Virus record (IMG/VR): IMGVR_UViG_3300046648_000377
Span: 330 to 64,329 of that record
From: a virus
Taxonomy: Duplodnaviria > Caudoviricetes
Direction: 5' to 3' (one strand)
Length of the DNA: 64,000 bases
Under the pieces are notes generated by a model. The model had not been told where the DNA came from. It ran no database searches and saw nothing but the letters and a program-made list of their open reading frames with translations. The position numbers and the translations under genes were made by a program. Positions 1-12,200 of the stretch are shown one piece after another. Numbering within the stretch: position 1 is the stretch's first letter; every line of letters starts with the position of its first letter.

Positions 1-322
1 CAACCGAAGGCGAGGCCGGAAGCATGATAGCCGACCGTTTTTCCACCAAGCCGTTGGCCAGGCGCTCACTGATCTCGATGGCTGGGTCTTCGATATTCTC
101 GGACGTCACCAACTCGTTGCCCGCATTGATCATGGCTACGGCGCCAAACAGACCGAACGCGGCCTTTCCCGCCGTCATGGCGGAGAAGTCCGGCTTTGCA
201 TAGTGCGAAACCACAACATGCTTGCCTTGCCAGGTCGAACCCGGATCCAACGATTTCGTTGGAGCAGACACACACCCACTCAAAACGACGGCAATAGCCG
301 CCGCACAGCAGAACGTCTTCAT
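1..322 (-). CDS. host lipoprotein, 3'-truncated by window edge
   Basis: Manually translated open frame from ATG 322: MKTFCCAAAIAVVLSGCVSAP..., signal peptide with lipobox LSGC, runs off the window; outside the left att site. Confidence 0.7.
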   Translation of the reverse strand, partial: MKTFCCAAAIAVVLSGCVSAPTKSLDPGSTWQGKHVVVSHYAKPDFSAMTAGKAAFGLFGAVAMINAGNELVTSENIEDPAIEISERLANGLVEKRSAIMLPASPSV

Positions 323-495
323 GTTGTCCCCTGTTAGATTCCATTCGGCCGAGCGGCCGAGGACATCCTAGCAATGGGGGGGGGAAGAATGGTCCAGCGT
401 CTGCTTGACGGTGAACATGTGCAGCGGGAAATACCTCACCAAGAAACACGACTTTTCCCGTTGTGCCGCGCAAGAGGAGGTTTCATCATCCCCCC

Positions 496-912
496 ATGAG
501 TGACATGACCCGCGATGAGATAAGAATGTATCTGGATACTGCCCGCGCCGAGGCAAAAGCGTCGGCGGCGGAAGTGACCAAGAGCCAGGCGGAGCTTCGC
601 GCAGATCTCAAGGCTGGCATCGCTGCAGTCTCGGTAGATGTCGCCAATTTGAAGATCGACTTCTCTGATCTGAAGAGCGATCTTCACGCGGCGCTCGCCG
701 TCCAGACCAAATGGATCGCTGCCATGGGATTCGGTCTCGTTGCCGCTGTCGGGGCGATCAACGGCATGTTCAAACCGGACTCTCGCTCCTCCCCGGCACC
801 TGTGCAGACTCCAGCGCCGTACACGAACTATGCGCGGCCGGTCGAACCTATGTCGAAATCGACCCTACTTCCGACACCGGCGACATTACCTGACCTCAGC
901 GGTCGACCGTGA
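496..912 (+). CDS. coiled-coil protein with C-terminal TM segment (DUF1640/CCDC90-like)
   Basis: Heptad-like AELRADLK..DLKSDL followed by KWIAAMGFGLVAAVGAI; start 496 or 505 uncertain. Confidence 0.55.
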   Translation: MSDMTRDEIRMYLDTARAEAKASAAEVTKSQAELRADLKAGIAAVSVDVANLKIDFSDLKSDLHAALAVQTKWIAAMGFGLVAAVGAINGMFKPDSRSSPAPVQTPAPYTNYARPVEPMSKSTLLPTPATLPDLSGRP

Positions 913-958
913 TGTGAGTCCTTTCCAGCAGTGTGTTCTGACAGCACGCTCGCGTTCG

Positions 959-1070
<112 letters not shown>

Positions 1071-1110
1071 GGTTATACGGGGGCTCTACAGAGCCTTTTG
1101 TCGGCCATTC

Positions 1111-1173
1111 TTTTTAGGGAATGGCCCCTCCTAAGCCCCGGATTGGTATGAGAGTGCCCGGTTATTTTTAGGG
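1111..1173. promoter_or_regulatory. putative integrase arm-type sites (TTTTAGGG x2)
   Basis: TTTTTAGGG at 1111-1119 and 1165-1173; the same core occurs twice inside the right end. Confidence 0.6.
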
Positions 1174-1197
1174 GGCTTCTGGCTCCTGAATCGCCCC

Positions 1198-1467
1198 ATG
1201 AGACGGCTCCGCGCGACGCTTCCCACATCCCAAGGAGGCAGCATGCGCCAGCGATATAACCGACCTCAAACCAGCGCCCAGATCCGCGCCGTAGCCGACC
1301 GCGAGAAGCTCAGCGAATCCCGGCCCTGCCTCAAGCACAGCGTCTACTACCAGACCCACCGCCGCATAGGCGCACGGATCGTGAAGACGGCTGGGTGCGA
1401 GAAGTGCCAGGAGGAACGTCTAGCCGAGTGGCGAGCCCGCGAGGCGACCGACGCTGCGCCCCTATGA
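1198..1467 (+). CDS. hypothetical protein (small, Cys-containing)
   Basis: ORF with CEKC motif; likely start 1243 after GGAGG. Confidence 0.4.
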   Translation: MRRLRATLPTSQGGSMRQRYNRPQTSAQIRAVADREKLSESRPCLKHSVYYQTHRRIGARIVKTAGCEKCQEERLAEWRAREATDAAPL

Positions 1468-1785
1468 CCGGTCGTCGCTACCCTTCGGCTTCCGTGGTGG
1501 AAGCTCGCCTTCATGGGGCATCCGAACCCTTTTCGGAGCCGGGTAGCTAATTGTCCGATTTGCGGCCCATCGTTCTATCCACCGCTTTGCCTGCGGCTCA
1601 GACGCGGCAACAACCTCGATCGCGTTCTCTCGGTTCCCATCGGGAAACACGCTAACCCGCCAGCCAGTGTCGTCCGCTCTCGGGCGGACCATGGCAAACG
1701 TCTGGCCCTGATCGGTGGCGGCATAGCGCTGAGGGAGAAGCCTACCCATGGATTCTTCACGGGGAAGCCAGATCACGTTGGTCAT
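1462..1785 (-). CDS. hypothetical protein
   Basis: 107-aa ORF downstream of SRAP in the same orientation. Confidence 0.6.
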   Translation of the reverse strand: MTNVIWLPREESMGRLLPQRYAATDQGQTFAMVRPRADDTGWRVSVFPDGNRENAIEVVAASEPQAKRWIERWAANRTISYPAPKRVRMPHEGELPPRKPKGSDDRS

Positions 1786-1812
1786 AGCGAAACAGAGTAG
1801 CCGGCGACCGTC

Positions 1813-2508
1813 TCATAGACTGATGGGCTGGACGACGTCCCTATCTTTGTTCGACGGAGTTCCGACTGCCTTCTTCACTGGGTAGTAGACCAACGCGGCC
1901 TCTGGTACCACCGTCAATACGGAGGCTGCCGCATCGGGCGTTCCCTCTACCCAAACGGCCCACAGGTCTGGCGGAAGGATGACCGGCTGTCGATCGTGGA
2001 TATCGCTGGAGACCTTTCCGGGCTCGCCAGTGATGATGGTGTAGGTGTGGGTCCATTCCTCGTCCTGCGAGGCACGCCAGCCCTCCCACAAGCCGGCGAA
2101 CATCAGGAGGTGACCGGCAGGGTCGTGGATGAAATACGGCTGCTTGTTGGGCGACTCGCCCTTCCATTCGAAGTAGCCGCTCGCCGGCACCAGGCAGCGG
2201 CGTTTCTGGAAAGCCGCGGCATAGGCCTTCGTGGTCCCGGCAAGCAGGCCCTCAGCCCTCGCGTTAATCATGCGCGCGCCGATTTTCGGGTCCTTGGCCC
2301 AGCGCGGAACCAGTCCCCATCGAAAGGCCTTTGCCTCGTAACCTTTTTCGCCGTGAGATACCACCAGCGCCTTCTGGGTCGGGGCAATATTGAACTGGTC
2401 GTCCCGCTGGTTTATCTCGCTGACGATATCCAGCTCAAGCTGGTCCAACACGTCCTTAGCCTCACGGCTAAGGGATACGGGTCCGAAGGTGGCGTAGCGT
2501 CCGCACAT
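1813..2508 (-). CDS. SOS response-associated peptidase (SRAP/YedK/HMCES family)
   Basis: N-terminal MCGRY, FNIAPTQ, WGLVP, INARAE, RCLVPASGYFEW, IHDRQPVIL. Confidence 0.95.
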   Translation of the reverse strand: MCGRYATFGPVSLSREAKDVLDQLELDIVSEINQRDDQFNIAPTQKALVVSHGEKGYEAKAFRWGLVPRWAKDPKIGARMINARAEGLLAGTTKAYAAAFQKRRCLVPASGYFEWKGESPNKQPYFIHDPAGHLLMFAGLWEGWRASQDEEWTHTYTIITGEPGKVSSDIHDRQPVILPPDLWAVWVEGTPDAAASVLTVVPEAALVYYPVKKAVGTPSNKDRDVVQPISL

Positions 2509-2553
2509 GCTGAAAGCATACCGCGCCGCCGTGAAGGCGACGCGGTCGACCAG

Positions 2554-3066
2554 CTAGGGAACGAAGAAAGACCTGGAGGTCACCCCAGAAGGTTGTGACA
2601 CCGCGAGAGTGGAGCGCACCCCATCGCGTACGGCGACTATCTCCCAGTCTTGGAACCACATGTGCTCGTATGGCGATCCATCGATAGCATTTGGCCGGCA
2701 TGTCTGGATGTCGAAAAGCATTCGCTCCCATTCGGCCTGCGGGAAGGGGCGAACGAACGCCGCAAGAGATAACGCTCCACCCACCGAAAGGACGAGGTAG
2801 CCGGCGCCCCATTTGGGGTCTTGATCGTATTTCACGGGGTCCCCGAGCGAAACCTCGAACTCGATGCCTTTCAGGCCCATAAGCATCGATGATTCCAAGT
2901 CAGGCACCTCGACGAACGGAGCCTCACCCACCATGGGTATGAATCGATCACCGGCAGGCGTATGGACAACCATCAGTTGGTTGCCCGGCGCGAAGTAATA
3001 CCCCGGCTTTGCATCTTTGGTGCGCACCAGTTCGAGATTCGCTGGTGCCATTGGTCCAAATGCCAT
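2554..3066 (-). CDS. hypothetical moron protein
   Basis: ORF with AGGAG RBS before ATG 3066. Confidence 0.65.
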   Translation of the reverse strand: MAFGPMAPANLELVRTKDAKPGYYFAPGNQLMVVHTPAGDRFIPMVGEAPFVEVPDLESSMLMGLKGIEFEVSLGDPVKYDQDPKWGAGYLVLSVGGALSLAAFVRPFPQAEWERMLFDIQTCRPNAIDGSPYEHMWFQDWEIVAVRDGVRSTLAVSQPSGVTSRSFFVP

Positions 3067-3227
3067 GAAATTCTCCTGTCTCCCCCGAGAGGTCGACATC
3101 GTATCGCACCCTTCGGACCGATGATCCCAGCCATTTGGCGGACTACTTTCAGCCGCAAACCGACCAACTCGCCCACTGATCGTGCAACGCCATGTTTCAT
3201 GGACTGATTTTCGGTGGACGAATCGGC

Positions 3228-6200
3228 CTAGTTGGCAGCAAATCCTCCCACCTCGGCACGGATCCGCGGCGCCAGCTTCCGGTTGAGCTGGATGCCGTTC
3301 TCGGCTTGCGCGGACTGATGAGCCCGCCGACGCAGCGACGCCTGCAGGTTGCCCATCCCGATCGAGATCTCAGGGTACTTCTTGTTGAACGTGCGGATCT
3401 TCGCCAGCGCCTCCGATCGCGACCCGCTGTCGCCGCTATTGGTTGCCATGGCGAAGGCGTTCATCAGGGACTGCCGGCGATCCTGGACGCCCTGCTGATA
3501 GTTCATCATCGCGCTGTTGACCCGCTGTTGCTCGGCGATTTTGGTCGGCTGGAACCCGATCGCCTGAATAAGTTTTTCCGGGCCGCTGACGTCCGACACG
3601 ATCGGGTCGCCACGCAGATTGTTTACGCCTTCCTTGGCGAAACGCACCGACTTCATCGCGTTCTTGATGAAGGTCGGCATCATGGTTTCGACGCCGCGCT
3701 CGGTGTGGCCCTGGCTGACCATGTTCGAGCCGACGAATAGGTTCTTCGTCAGTCCGCCGATCGGCCCTGCCATCGATTCCAGGAACTGGTCATACGCGGG
3801 ACCGCCAACGAGCTGCTTATCGGGCTCGCGAAACCACAGGTCACTGGTACCGACGCGGCCCGAAATGTTCGCGCCGAGCTGGTCGACAACACCGTCGGCG
3901 ATCACCGAAGCGGCGCGCGCCCCGAGGTGATCACTCAGCCAGGCGCGGAACTCGGTGTTGAAGTCCCATGGCGTGTCGTCGTCACCGGTGGCGGCGTGGT
4001 ACGCGTTCGCGCCAGCGGACAGCAGATTGTTGATCGGTGTACCCATGATGCCGGCGAAGAGAGTGGTCATGCCGAGCACGCCCGTCAGCGTGCGGCGGGC
4101 CACGCGGCGCACCTCTGGCGTCTCGCCGCGGAGGGACTGTTCGAGGTTCCGATACAGCACCCAGCTCATGCCCAGGGCGTAGTTCTTGAACTGGAAAAGC
4201 ACCTTCTGGGCGTTCCCCTGCATGAATCGCGCGCGGTTCGCGTTCGAGTAGTCGAAGTGTGTGCCGTTCACGATCTCATCGGCGTACTTGATCGCCTCGT
4301 TGAAGCTCTTCCCATCCTTCGTGGCCAGGCGGAACGCTGCGATGCCGGCGGACTCGCGGTTGATTACCTCGGCCTTCTGGAACATGTAGCCCATAGCCGT
4401 CATCACCTTGGCGTAGGCCGGATTCATCTTGAGCGCGTCGCCCTCGGCGATGCCGCCGAGGCTATGGGTCGCGGTACGAGCGAACGTGCCGTTTGCTTCG
4501 AGCGTATCGAACGCCCGACGCTCGTCGTCCGTGGCGAGTACCTGGCGGATGTTCCCGAAGGTCCGCATGGCATCGCGCGTGGCGGATCCCATCTCCCTCA
4601 TGGCTGCTGGCCACCCGTGGCGCGCGCCAAGAACCGGGAGCGTCACCATAGCGCCCTGTGAGAGGTTGACAAGGGCCGACGCCGGCGACGCACTCAGGTA
4701 GTACGTGAAGCCGACCGAGTTGATCATCGTCGCGAGCTTCGAGTTGGTCGGGTTCATGATCCATTGGTGGCGCTTGGCCAACTCCCCGACCAGGGCGTCG
4801 GCGTGCGCGGCCTGGCCAACACCCATCAGCGGCCGATTACCTTCCACCGTCGCCCGCATGTGCTCCATGGAGTCCTCCAACTGGTACCCGTAGCGGGCGC
4901 GGGCGATCTGATGGGCGCCGTGGAGGACGTTGCTGGCGAAGATCCGCGGCACATTGTCGGTGTAGCCGGCCACGTTGCTGCGATGGATCCCGCTCTTGCG
5001 CAGGGATAGTTCAGGAAGCGTGCGCAGGAACATCTGGTGGATGTCATCGAGGACTTTATCCGGCGCGCCGCCCTGCCGCAGCATGCCCGTCAGCTGGCCC
5101 ATGAAAGTGCCGGTGACCGGTTTCTGGGTCTCGTAGTCCTTGTTCTGCCTCCCGGTCGCTTCGATCGTGTGGCCAGCTGCCTGCAGTTGCTTCTCAGCAC
5201 GCTGTGCGGCGTACGCATCCTCGTACTTCGTGAAGTGGTACTCGCCGCCTTCCCCGTCCTCGCCAGGCAGCCGCGAGGCGATCCAGTAGTCCCCGAAGCG
5301 CGCCAGCGGGAAGTACACGCCCCCGACCTTGTTGTCGGCGAAGTTGGTGCGGACCATTTCAGCGGCGGCGCGCTTGTTCTGTTCGGGGATATCCAGAGCC
5401 TGGATGCGCGCCAGCGTAGCCTCCTCAAGGCGTTCCGACGTCTCGCGATAGTGGTCGCGCATCATGGTGAACATCTCTTTCGCCTGGGGCGACAGCGCGT
5501 TCCACTTGGCGACCTGTTCCGGGTACTTCAGCTCGCGTGCCTTCTCGCGCGCCGGTAGCTTTCGGAGATCCTTGATCTGGTCGAGCAGTGCCGTCTTATC
5601 GTCGCCGGCGCGGCCGCGCATCTGTTCCTGCAGGGTCTTGATCCGCTGCTTGCGAAGATCCTCGGTCCACGGCGTCTGCTCGCCGCGGTCGTCCCGCATG
5701 AGCAGCCGCTCGTAGTCACTAGTCGGGTCGACGGTGACCTGGGTGACTTCGTGCATGAATTTGAACAGGCCCTTGGCTTCCTCCGTGAGCTTGCCTGCCC
5801 AGCCAGCCGGGCCATGCTCGAACGACCACTTGTTCAGGCGATCGGCCTTGGCAGAACCCTCCATCGTCATGGTGTTGCGGTCTGCGTCCATGCGCTGGAA
5901 AGTGTCGGCGTAGAAATCAGCATGCCGCTTGAGCACCTTCGTGTCGCTGGCCAGCTCGAGCACATGGCGCAACTGCAGCGCACCCAGAAGGTGCGGCTCT
6001 GCGTCCAGAAGCTTGCCCTTCGCCCATTCCTTCGCACGCTGGAACGCGCCGTCGTCGAGCTTGGGCATGACCTCGTTCATCGACTCGATCGATTCGGAGG
6101 CCTTACTGAAGGGTTTGCGGGTGGTACCTGGCTCTTCGCGTTCGCCGCGGTCGTCCAGGGAGAAGTCGCTGCGCGGTTTCGGCGGCGCTTCCTTTACGGG

Positions 6201-9200
6201 GCCGGCTTCGTCCCGCCCGCCGGTCCCAGGTGCTTGAGCTCCGGATCGATCGCCAGCTGCTCCCTCGCCCACTTCGCCGAGGCCTGGGATTCGGTGCGCA
6301 ATGACTCTATCTCGGAGGGCGTCAGGCGAGAGCCTGCCTCTGTCATAGGTGAGGATGGTTCGTGCTTCGGATTCGGTGAGGCCGTCGAAGCCATGGCCGA
6401 ATTGCCGACGCCACCAACCTTCGATGCGGCCGAAGCGGTCACGTACGTTGCCGAGTGTGGTGGGATCTAGGGCGAGCTTGCGCGAGTAATCCTTGCCGGT
6501 CAAGGACGTCGCCAGCACCACGTGGCCGCCTTCACGCTCGATGTGGGTCTTCAGCTGCGCCAGGGTGCCGCCTTGGGTAAGGGTGTCGTCCAGCAGGACG
6601 TAGTCCTTCCCGGCCGTCACCTTGCCCTCGAACGTCGGCTGGTTGGCCAGCCGGTGCATGGCATCGCCGGCGCCGCGCCCGACCTTCTCCGCTTGGATCA
6701 TGCCGTGGTCGACCTCGAGGCCCAGCCGCTTAGCCAAGACCTCTGCCGCCATGACCGGGATTCGGTTGTTTCCGGTCGCTTCCCTGGCCACCACCGGCAC
6801 GATCGTGGGTTCGCTCCCTTCAGGGATCGCGGCCTTCACGCGATCGGCAAAGTCCTTCGTCACAGTGTCGCGCGCGAGCCGGAGCGCTGCCGCATCGTCG
6901 CCCGCCTTGGCAGCCGCGTAGTCCGGGTGCTCGCGGACGGTACCGAGCTTGTGACCGAGTACAACGTCGGGGAAGCCCTCGGGCCAGCCGTCGCGGGAGA
7001 ACGACATCGTCGACTGGCGCTCAACGCGTTCCTCGTACGATTCCCCACGCTCCAGGTACTCGCTCGAGCGCACCAGCAGCTGGCGAAGCTCCGCGGGGAG
7101 CAACTTGAGGTTCGGCATGATCCGGCGAAGGAACGCCTGCACTGCACTGACCGCGCGATCGAGCAGCCCGTTGCGCACCCCACGCTCTGCCATGACCGCA
7201 ATCGTCTCGCGAGCGAACGTGGTGTTGTCGACGTCCCCGTATCGCCGGCGAACCTCGCCCAGGATGCCCTGCATCTGCTTGCCGCCGGCGCCATCCTTTT
7301 CGAGTCGTAGCACGGAGGCCTCGATCTTCTTCCAGGCGTCGGCGCCGAGTTCGCGATTCACCACGCGATCGACACCGAAGTGGCCGACCGCTTCGTGCGC
7401 GAGCGTACGTGAGAGCCTCGCGTGGCCCGCGGCATCGTCCCTATGAGCGCTGGCCACCAGCCAGATGGTCTTGCCGTCATGAAACCCACTGGCCCACTTG
7501 TAGCTCGGGTCCGGTTTTCCGGTGATCGGGTCGACCTTGGCCGAATAAGGCAGTTGCTCCGGCGTGGCCACCACTTCGACGTGGGGAATGTCGTCGCCAT
7601 GCCACGCCTTCGTCGCTTCCCTGGCCACCTCAGTCATGCGCTCGGCGTGTTCGTTCTGCGTCGGCGTGGCCGCATCGCCTTCCGAACGTGACCCAGCACC
7701 GTCCCGGAAGCGAACAATCTGCTCGCTGCGAGGCACATCCTGCGTCTCGGTTGGAGGGGTGCTCCTGCGGTCCTCCGCAGTCATGTCCACGCGCCGCTGC
7801 GTGTCACGGGCTTCGACCTCACCGGCCAGGCGCCGATACTGCTCAGTGGCCACGCTCCGCACGCTCTCCTCGGACTGCAGGCGCGATCCGCTCAGCTCGT
7901 CATTTACCCTTTGCCGCTCCACCTCCAAGCTACGAACGCGCGCGGCGTCGTCGGCCTCGCGCGCGTTCTTCTGCATCTGTTCGATGGTCTGCTTGCGCAA
8001 AAGCAGGGCCTTTCGCTGGCGCTGTAAGGGCTCTGCAAACTCGGCCGAGCTGCCACCGCGGGCGAACCCTTCCTTCTCCTGGACGGCGTGCTGGATCTCA
8101 TGAAGGAGCACGGACTTGAACGAACGATTGCCCGTCCTCGGGTAGTCCGCCGGCGGACGCATCGTTACCTGGTTCCGGTTCGGGTCGTAGGATCCCCAGT
8201 GCCCCATCTCGCCGTTGATCTTCAGCGGCACGCTGGCCAGCTCCGGATACGCTTTGAAGAGGTCAGGGTGATCGAGTACATCACCCACTGTCGCAACTGT
8301 CGCTTTTGCGGCTGCAGCGGAGCTGGCGCGACTCGCCTCTGTCGCAGCGGTATTTCCTTCCTCGTCGCCAGCGGCACGCGCGGCGAGCGCACGATCGCTG
8401 TGCTCGATCGCGCTGCGAAAGTGTGTTGCCGCGTCCACGGCTTCCGGTTTCACCGTCGCTTTGCTGTCGTCGATCTCAAAACGCCATTTCCCGTCGGCAC
8501 CCCTGTGCCAGCCTGTCTCGGTATGCGTGTCCTCCACCGACCCAACGCGATGCCCAAAGCGATCGGGATCGGTACCGAAGCCCTCGCGCTCTCTGTCCCG
8601 GGCGCGATCCAGCGCCTCGAGGTCGGCCGTTCGGGCTGACTCGCCGGCAAAGCTGAAATCGTGCACCGGGGCGTTCGCGCTCGCCCTGCCTGCAGGCGCC
8701 CCTTTCGCGGGCAGCTCAGGCTTGCCCAAGACAGCGCGAAGATCGCGCGACGTTGGCGCAGTGGAGTGTGTCCGCTGCTCGCCTTGGCGTGCTGGCAGGT
8801 CGGAACCGTCGTCCCGTACGGAGTGCACGGTGACGTTCCATCGTCCATCGTTCCAGTTGAAGGCGTCGATCTTCTGCTTGCCGGCGTACCCGGGCCGAAC
8901 TTCACCGGGCTTGAAGTAAGCCTCCAAGGTCTCCCTAGCGTGCGGCACATATTCCAGCTTCCCGCCGGCGACGCGTACGCGAGCACCGTTAGTGGCAATG
9001 CCGCCGCGGCGTGCTGCGGGCGTCGGCGACGTCGCTGCAGCTGGTGCCGTCGCGGCTGTGGGCTTGACCGTCGTCGCCGGCGTTACCGGAGCATCCACCG
9101 CCGGGCTCTTCGTATCGCCGGACTTCAACCAGTCCTTGAACTGGTCCATGGTGAAGTCCCGCACCGGACCGACGTTCCACCCCTTGTCGAAGTTGCTCCG

Positions 9201-12200
9201 GTAGGCGGCAAGGGCATCGCGCTTGCTGGCGAAGCCCATCATCGCCTTGTGTTCATCGAACTTCCCCGTGTCCTGGTGGATCTGGTCGACAACGAACACG
9301 CGACGCGCTTCAGGCTTCGGCCCAACGTACACGTCGACGTGATCACCATCTGCGCCAACGGTGCCGCGCACGTAGCCATAGTGGTCGCTCATTGCGTGGG
9401 ACCACGGCTTTCCGCCGGCGTCGACGCCGCTGCGAACGGATCCGCGCGGATTCTCGATGCTGACGTCCAGGCCGTGGATCTGCACGTGACCCATCTTGTA
9501 GTTGCCGGCTTCCTTCTGCGCCTGCGTCGGCTCGGGGCGGTCGTTATGCGGAGAGGTGGCCGCCTCGGCAGCGGCGACATCGACCGGGTGCGCCGGTGCC
9601 GCTTCGGCTTGCGCAGCGACTGCCTCGGCCGTCGGGGCCTTTGCGGGCTCCGGCGCCGTGGCGTTGCGCTCGTTGCGCGCCGTCGCATCCTTGGCTGCAA
9701 CACGGGCCGATGCGATCGCCTCCTGTGCGTAGGGGAGAATGCCCGCGGGCAGCGGAACCTTCTCGCCCTCTGCGTTGACCAGGCGATGCTGCAGCTTGTC
9801 GCCCATGCGTTGGCTTTCGACCTGGTCGAATCCGGCGGCCACACGGCCATCGACGAAGCGCTTCGCGTTCACCTCGCCGTCGGCGGTCTTCACGCGCAAG
9901 CTGTCGGCCCGCTTGGCCGCCGGCGTCGGTTCGGGCAAGACCGCACGCGTGCCCGCGGTGTCAGCCTGCTCGATAGGCGTAGCAGCTGCGCGCGACGATG
10001 TCTCTGGAACGCGATCAGGGCCTTTTGTTCCGCTTTCAACCGGTTTTGTTCCGCTTTGTGCCGGTTCTGTTCCAGTTTCTGGCGAATTTTCCCCATCGAC
10101 GCCGGCATTCGCTGCATCGATCGGTGAGCCACCATCCGGTGCCACCGGCTGCTCCGATCCACCCGCTTCAGCCGGGGGAGCGGCACCTGCGTCAACGGTA
10201 TCGGCCGTTCCGTCAACGGGTTTCGGGCTTTCGTCAACGCTATCGGCCGATTTGTCATCGCCGACGACCGGCGTCTCTTCTGCAGAAGCGGCGGCTGGTT
10301 CGCCGCCAAGCGCTGCGTTCAGACGATCGCGGGATGCGTCGAGGCCGGCATTCATGTTGCGCTCGACATCGTCGAACGTCCGAGCAGGCTCATCGCCGGC
10401 TTCCTGCGATGCACGCGCACGAGCGTCCATTTCCGCGTCGAGTGAAGCGTCAGCCGGCGCGGCTTGGTCACGACCGGCTCCGGCCGCGATGTCGTCTTGT
10501 ACCGGTGCTGCGTCAGCCTCTGGGGCCGGGGCCGGCGAACGCTCGCGCTTGGCAATCGCATCGAGTGCACTGAGTTCGGCGGGACGCCGCGCCCGCTTCA
10601 CGTCATTCGCCGATACGCCCCACGCATCCGCAAGAGCGCCAGAGTTAATGCGGAGAATGCCCGATGCGTCGTACTGGGCCTGCATTTGCTGAGCGATGGC
10701 GCCGACCAGGTCGTCCTTGGTGGGCACACCGACTTCGCCCGTATCCGGATTAACCCATGAGGGCGTAATTGGATCGACCGGGCGGCGATCGGCGGTACCG
10801 GCATCCGCGGCCTGCGCCTGCCGCCCCGCTTGCGCCGCAGGCGCCGGTGCGGCCGCCGGCGGCTGCGCGCTATTGGGGTCTGGGATCCCAGCTGCGGCGA
10901 CCGGTGGAGCTTCACCGTTTCTTGCGGCCTGCGCGCGCTGGATGTCGGGAGTGAGACCGTAGTCGGCGCGGGCCTGTGCCACCTGACGAGCTCGCTCCAT
11001 GTCCGCGGTGTTAGCGACGCGGCCGTCGCTGTCGACGGGGAATACTGGCGCAGGAAGAGCGAGGCGCACAGCGGGGTCGCGCACGAGCGTGGCCGCTTCG
11101 CTGAGACTTCCCGGCGCGGGTCGGTGGAGACCACCCAACCCGCCGAAGATAGCACCGGGCAGCGCGCCGGCGCCGAACGTAGCGAGTGAATCCTCCAACG
11201 GATCCCGGGTCTCACCGGTGGCGCTGTTGGCTGCTGCCGTCTGAGCTGCCGTCTGCCCAACTGCGATCGCACCCTGGACAGGCGCCTCGATCGCAGCGCC
11301 GGCACCAGCGCGGCGCAGCGCACTCTCGCCGACGACCTTCGCCAGCGTGCCCTGTGCTTCGTGGAGCAGCGGCGCCGTCGTGATGGCGCCGGCGGCAGTG
11401 GCCACCGGCAGCGTCGTCGCGAACACCCGGGCGCGCACCTGGTCAGCGAGTGCGGTACGCGCATCCTCGGGCTTCATGCCGCGCGCGATCATGGAACTGT
11501 ATGCGGGGAGCTTCTGCAGGTCAGCATCCGACATCTGCTGGACACGCTGTGACTCACCCTGGGCTGCGTCCTCGGCACCCTGGACGCCACCGGTGGCCGC
11601 GCCAGCTGCAACTGACGCGCGGCCGCTGCGAGTTAGAGCCGCCTGGGCGACTTGCTGTGCTTCCGGCGCCAGCTCGGCGATCTTCCCTGCCCGGACAGCG
11701 GCGAGAATCTCGGCGGTCATGCCCGGGGCGCGCGAGAGCGCCTTCGCGGCCGTTGCTTCGCTCCCGAGCACCATCGGAGCCAGGTTACCGACGAGATCCG
11801 CGCCCTTGAGCGTCCAGTTCATGGGCGACGATGCGCCCTCGCCCAGACTCCAGCTCTTCGGATCGAGCAGCTTGCCCTGGACCAGCGGCGCCTCCTGCAC
11901 GGCCTTGGCCTTATCGCTCTCGGTACCCTTGATCCAGTCGCCGACCTTCTCGATGGGCGAACCGATGAAGTCACCGATCATCGTGCCCGGGCGCTTAATC
12001 CATTGCGGCTCGTCATCGCTCATGACCTGCCGCGAAATGATCCCCGTTGGATTCAACGTGTCCGATGCTTCACCGAGGCCGCGCACCGTCGCCCCAATGC
12101 CGTGCACGACGCCACCGACGAGCGCCTTCGGGATATCTAGAAGGCCATAGCCGTCGTCCTTCGGCGCAGGCTTCGGAGCATCCGCCGCCGGCGCGTCGTA

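Noticed and set aside
66-473. ORF-track 135-aa minus-strand ORF
   Set aside because: Overlaps a better minus-strand frame from 322 that has a lipoprotein signal
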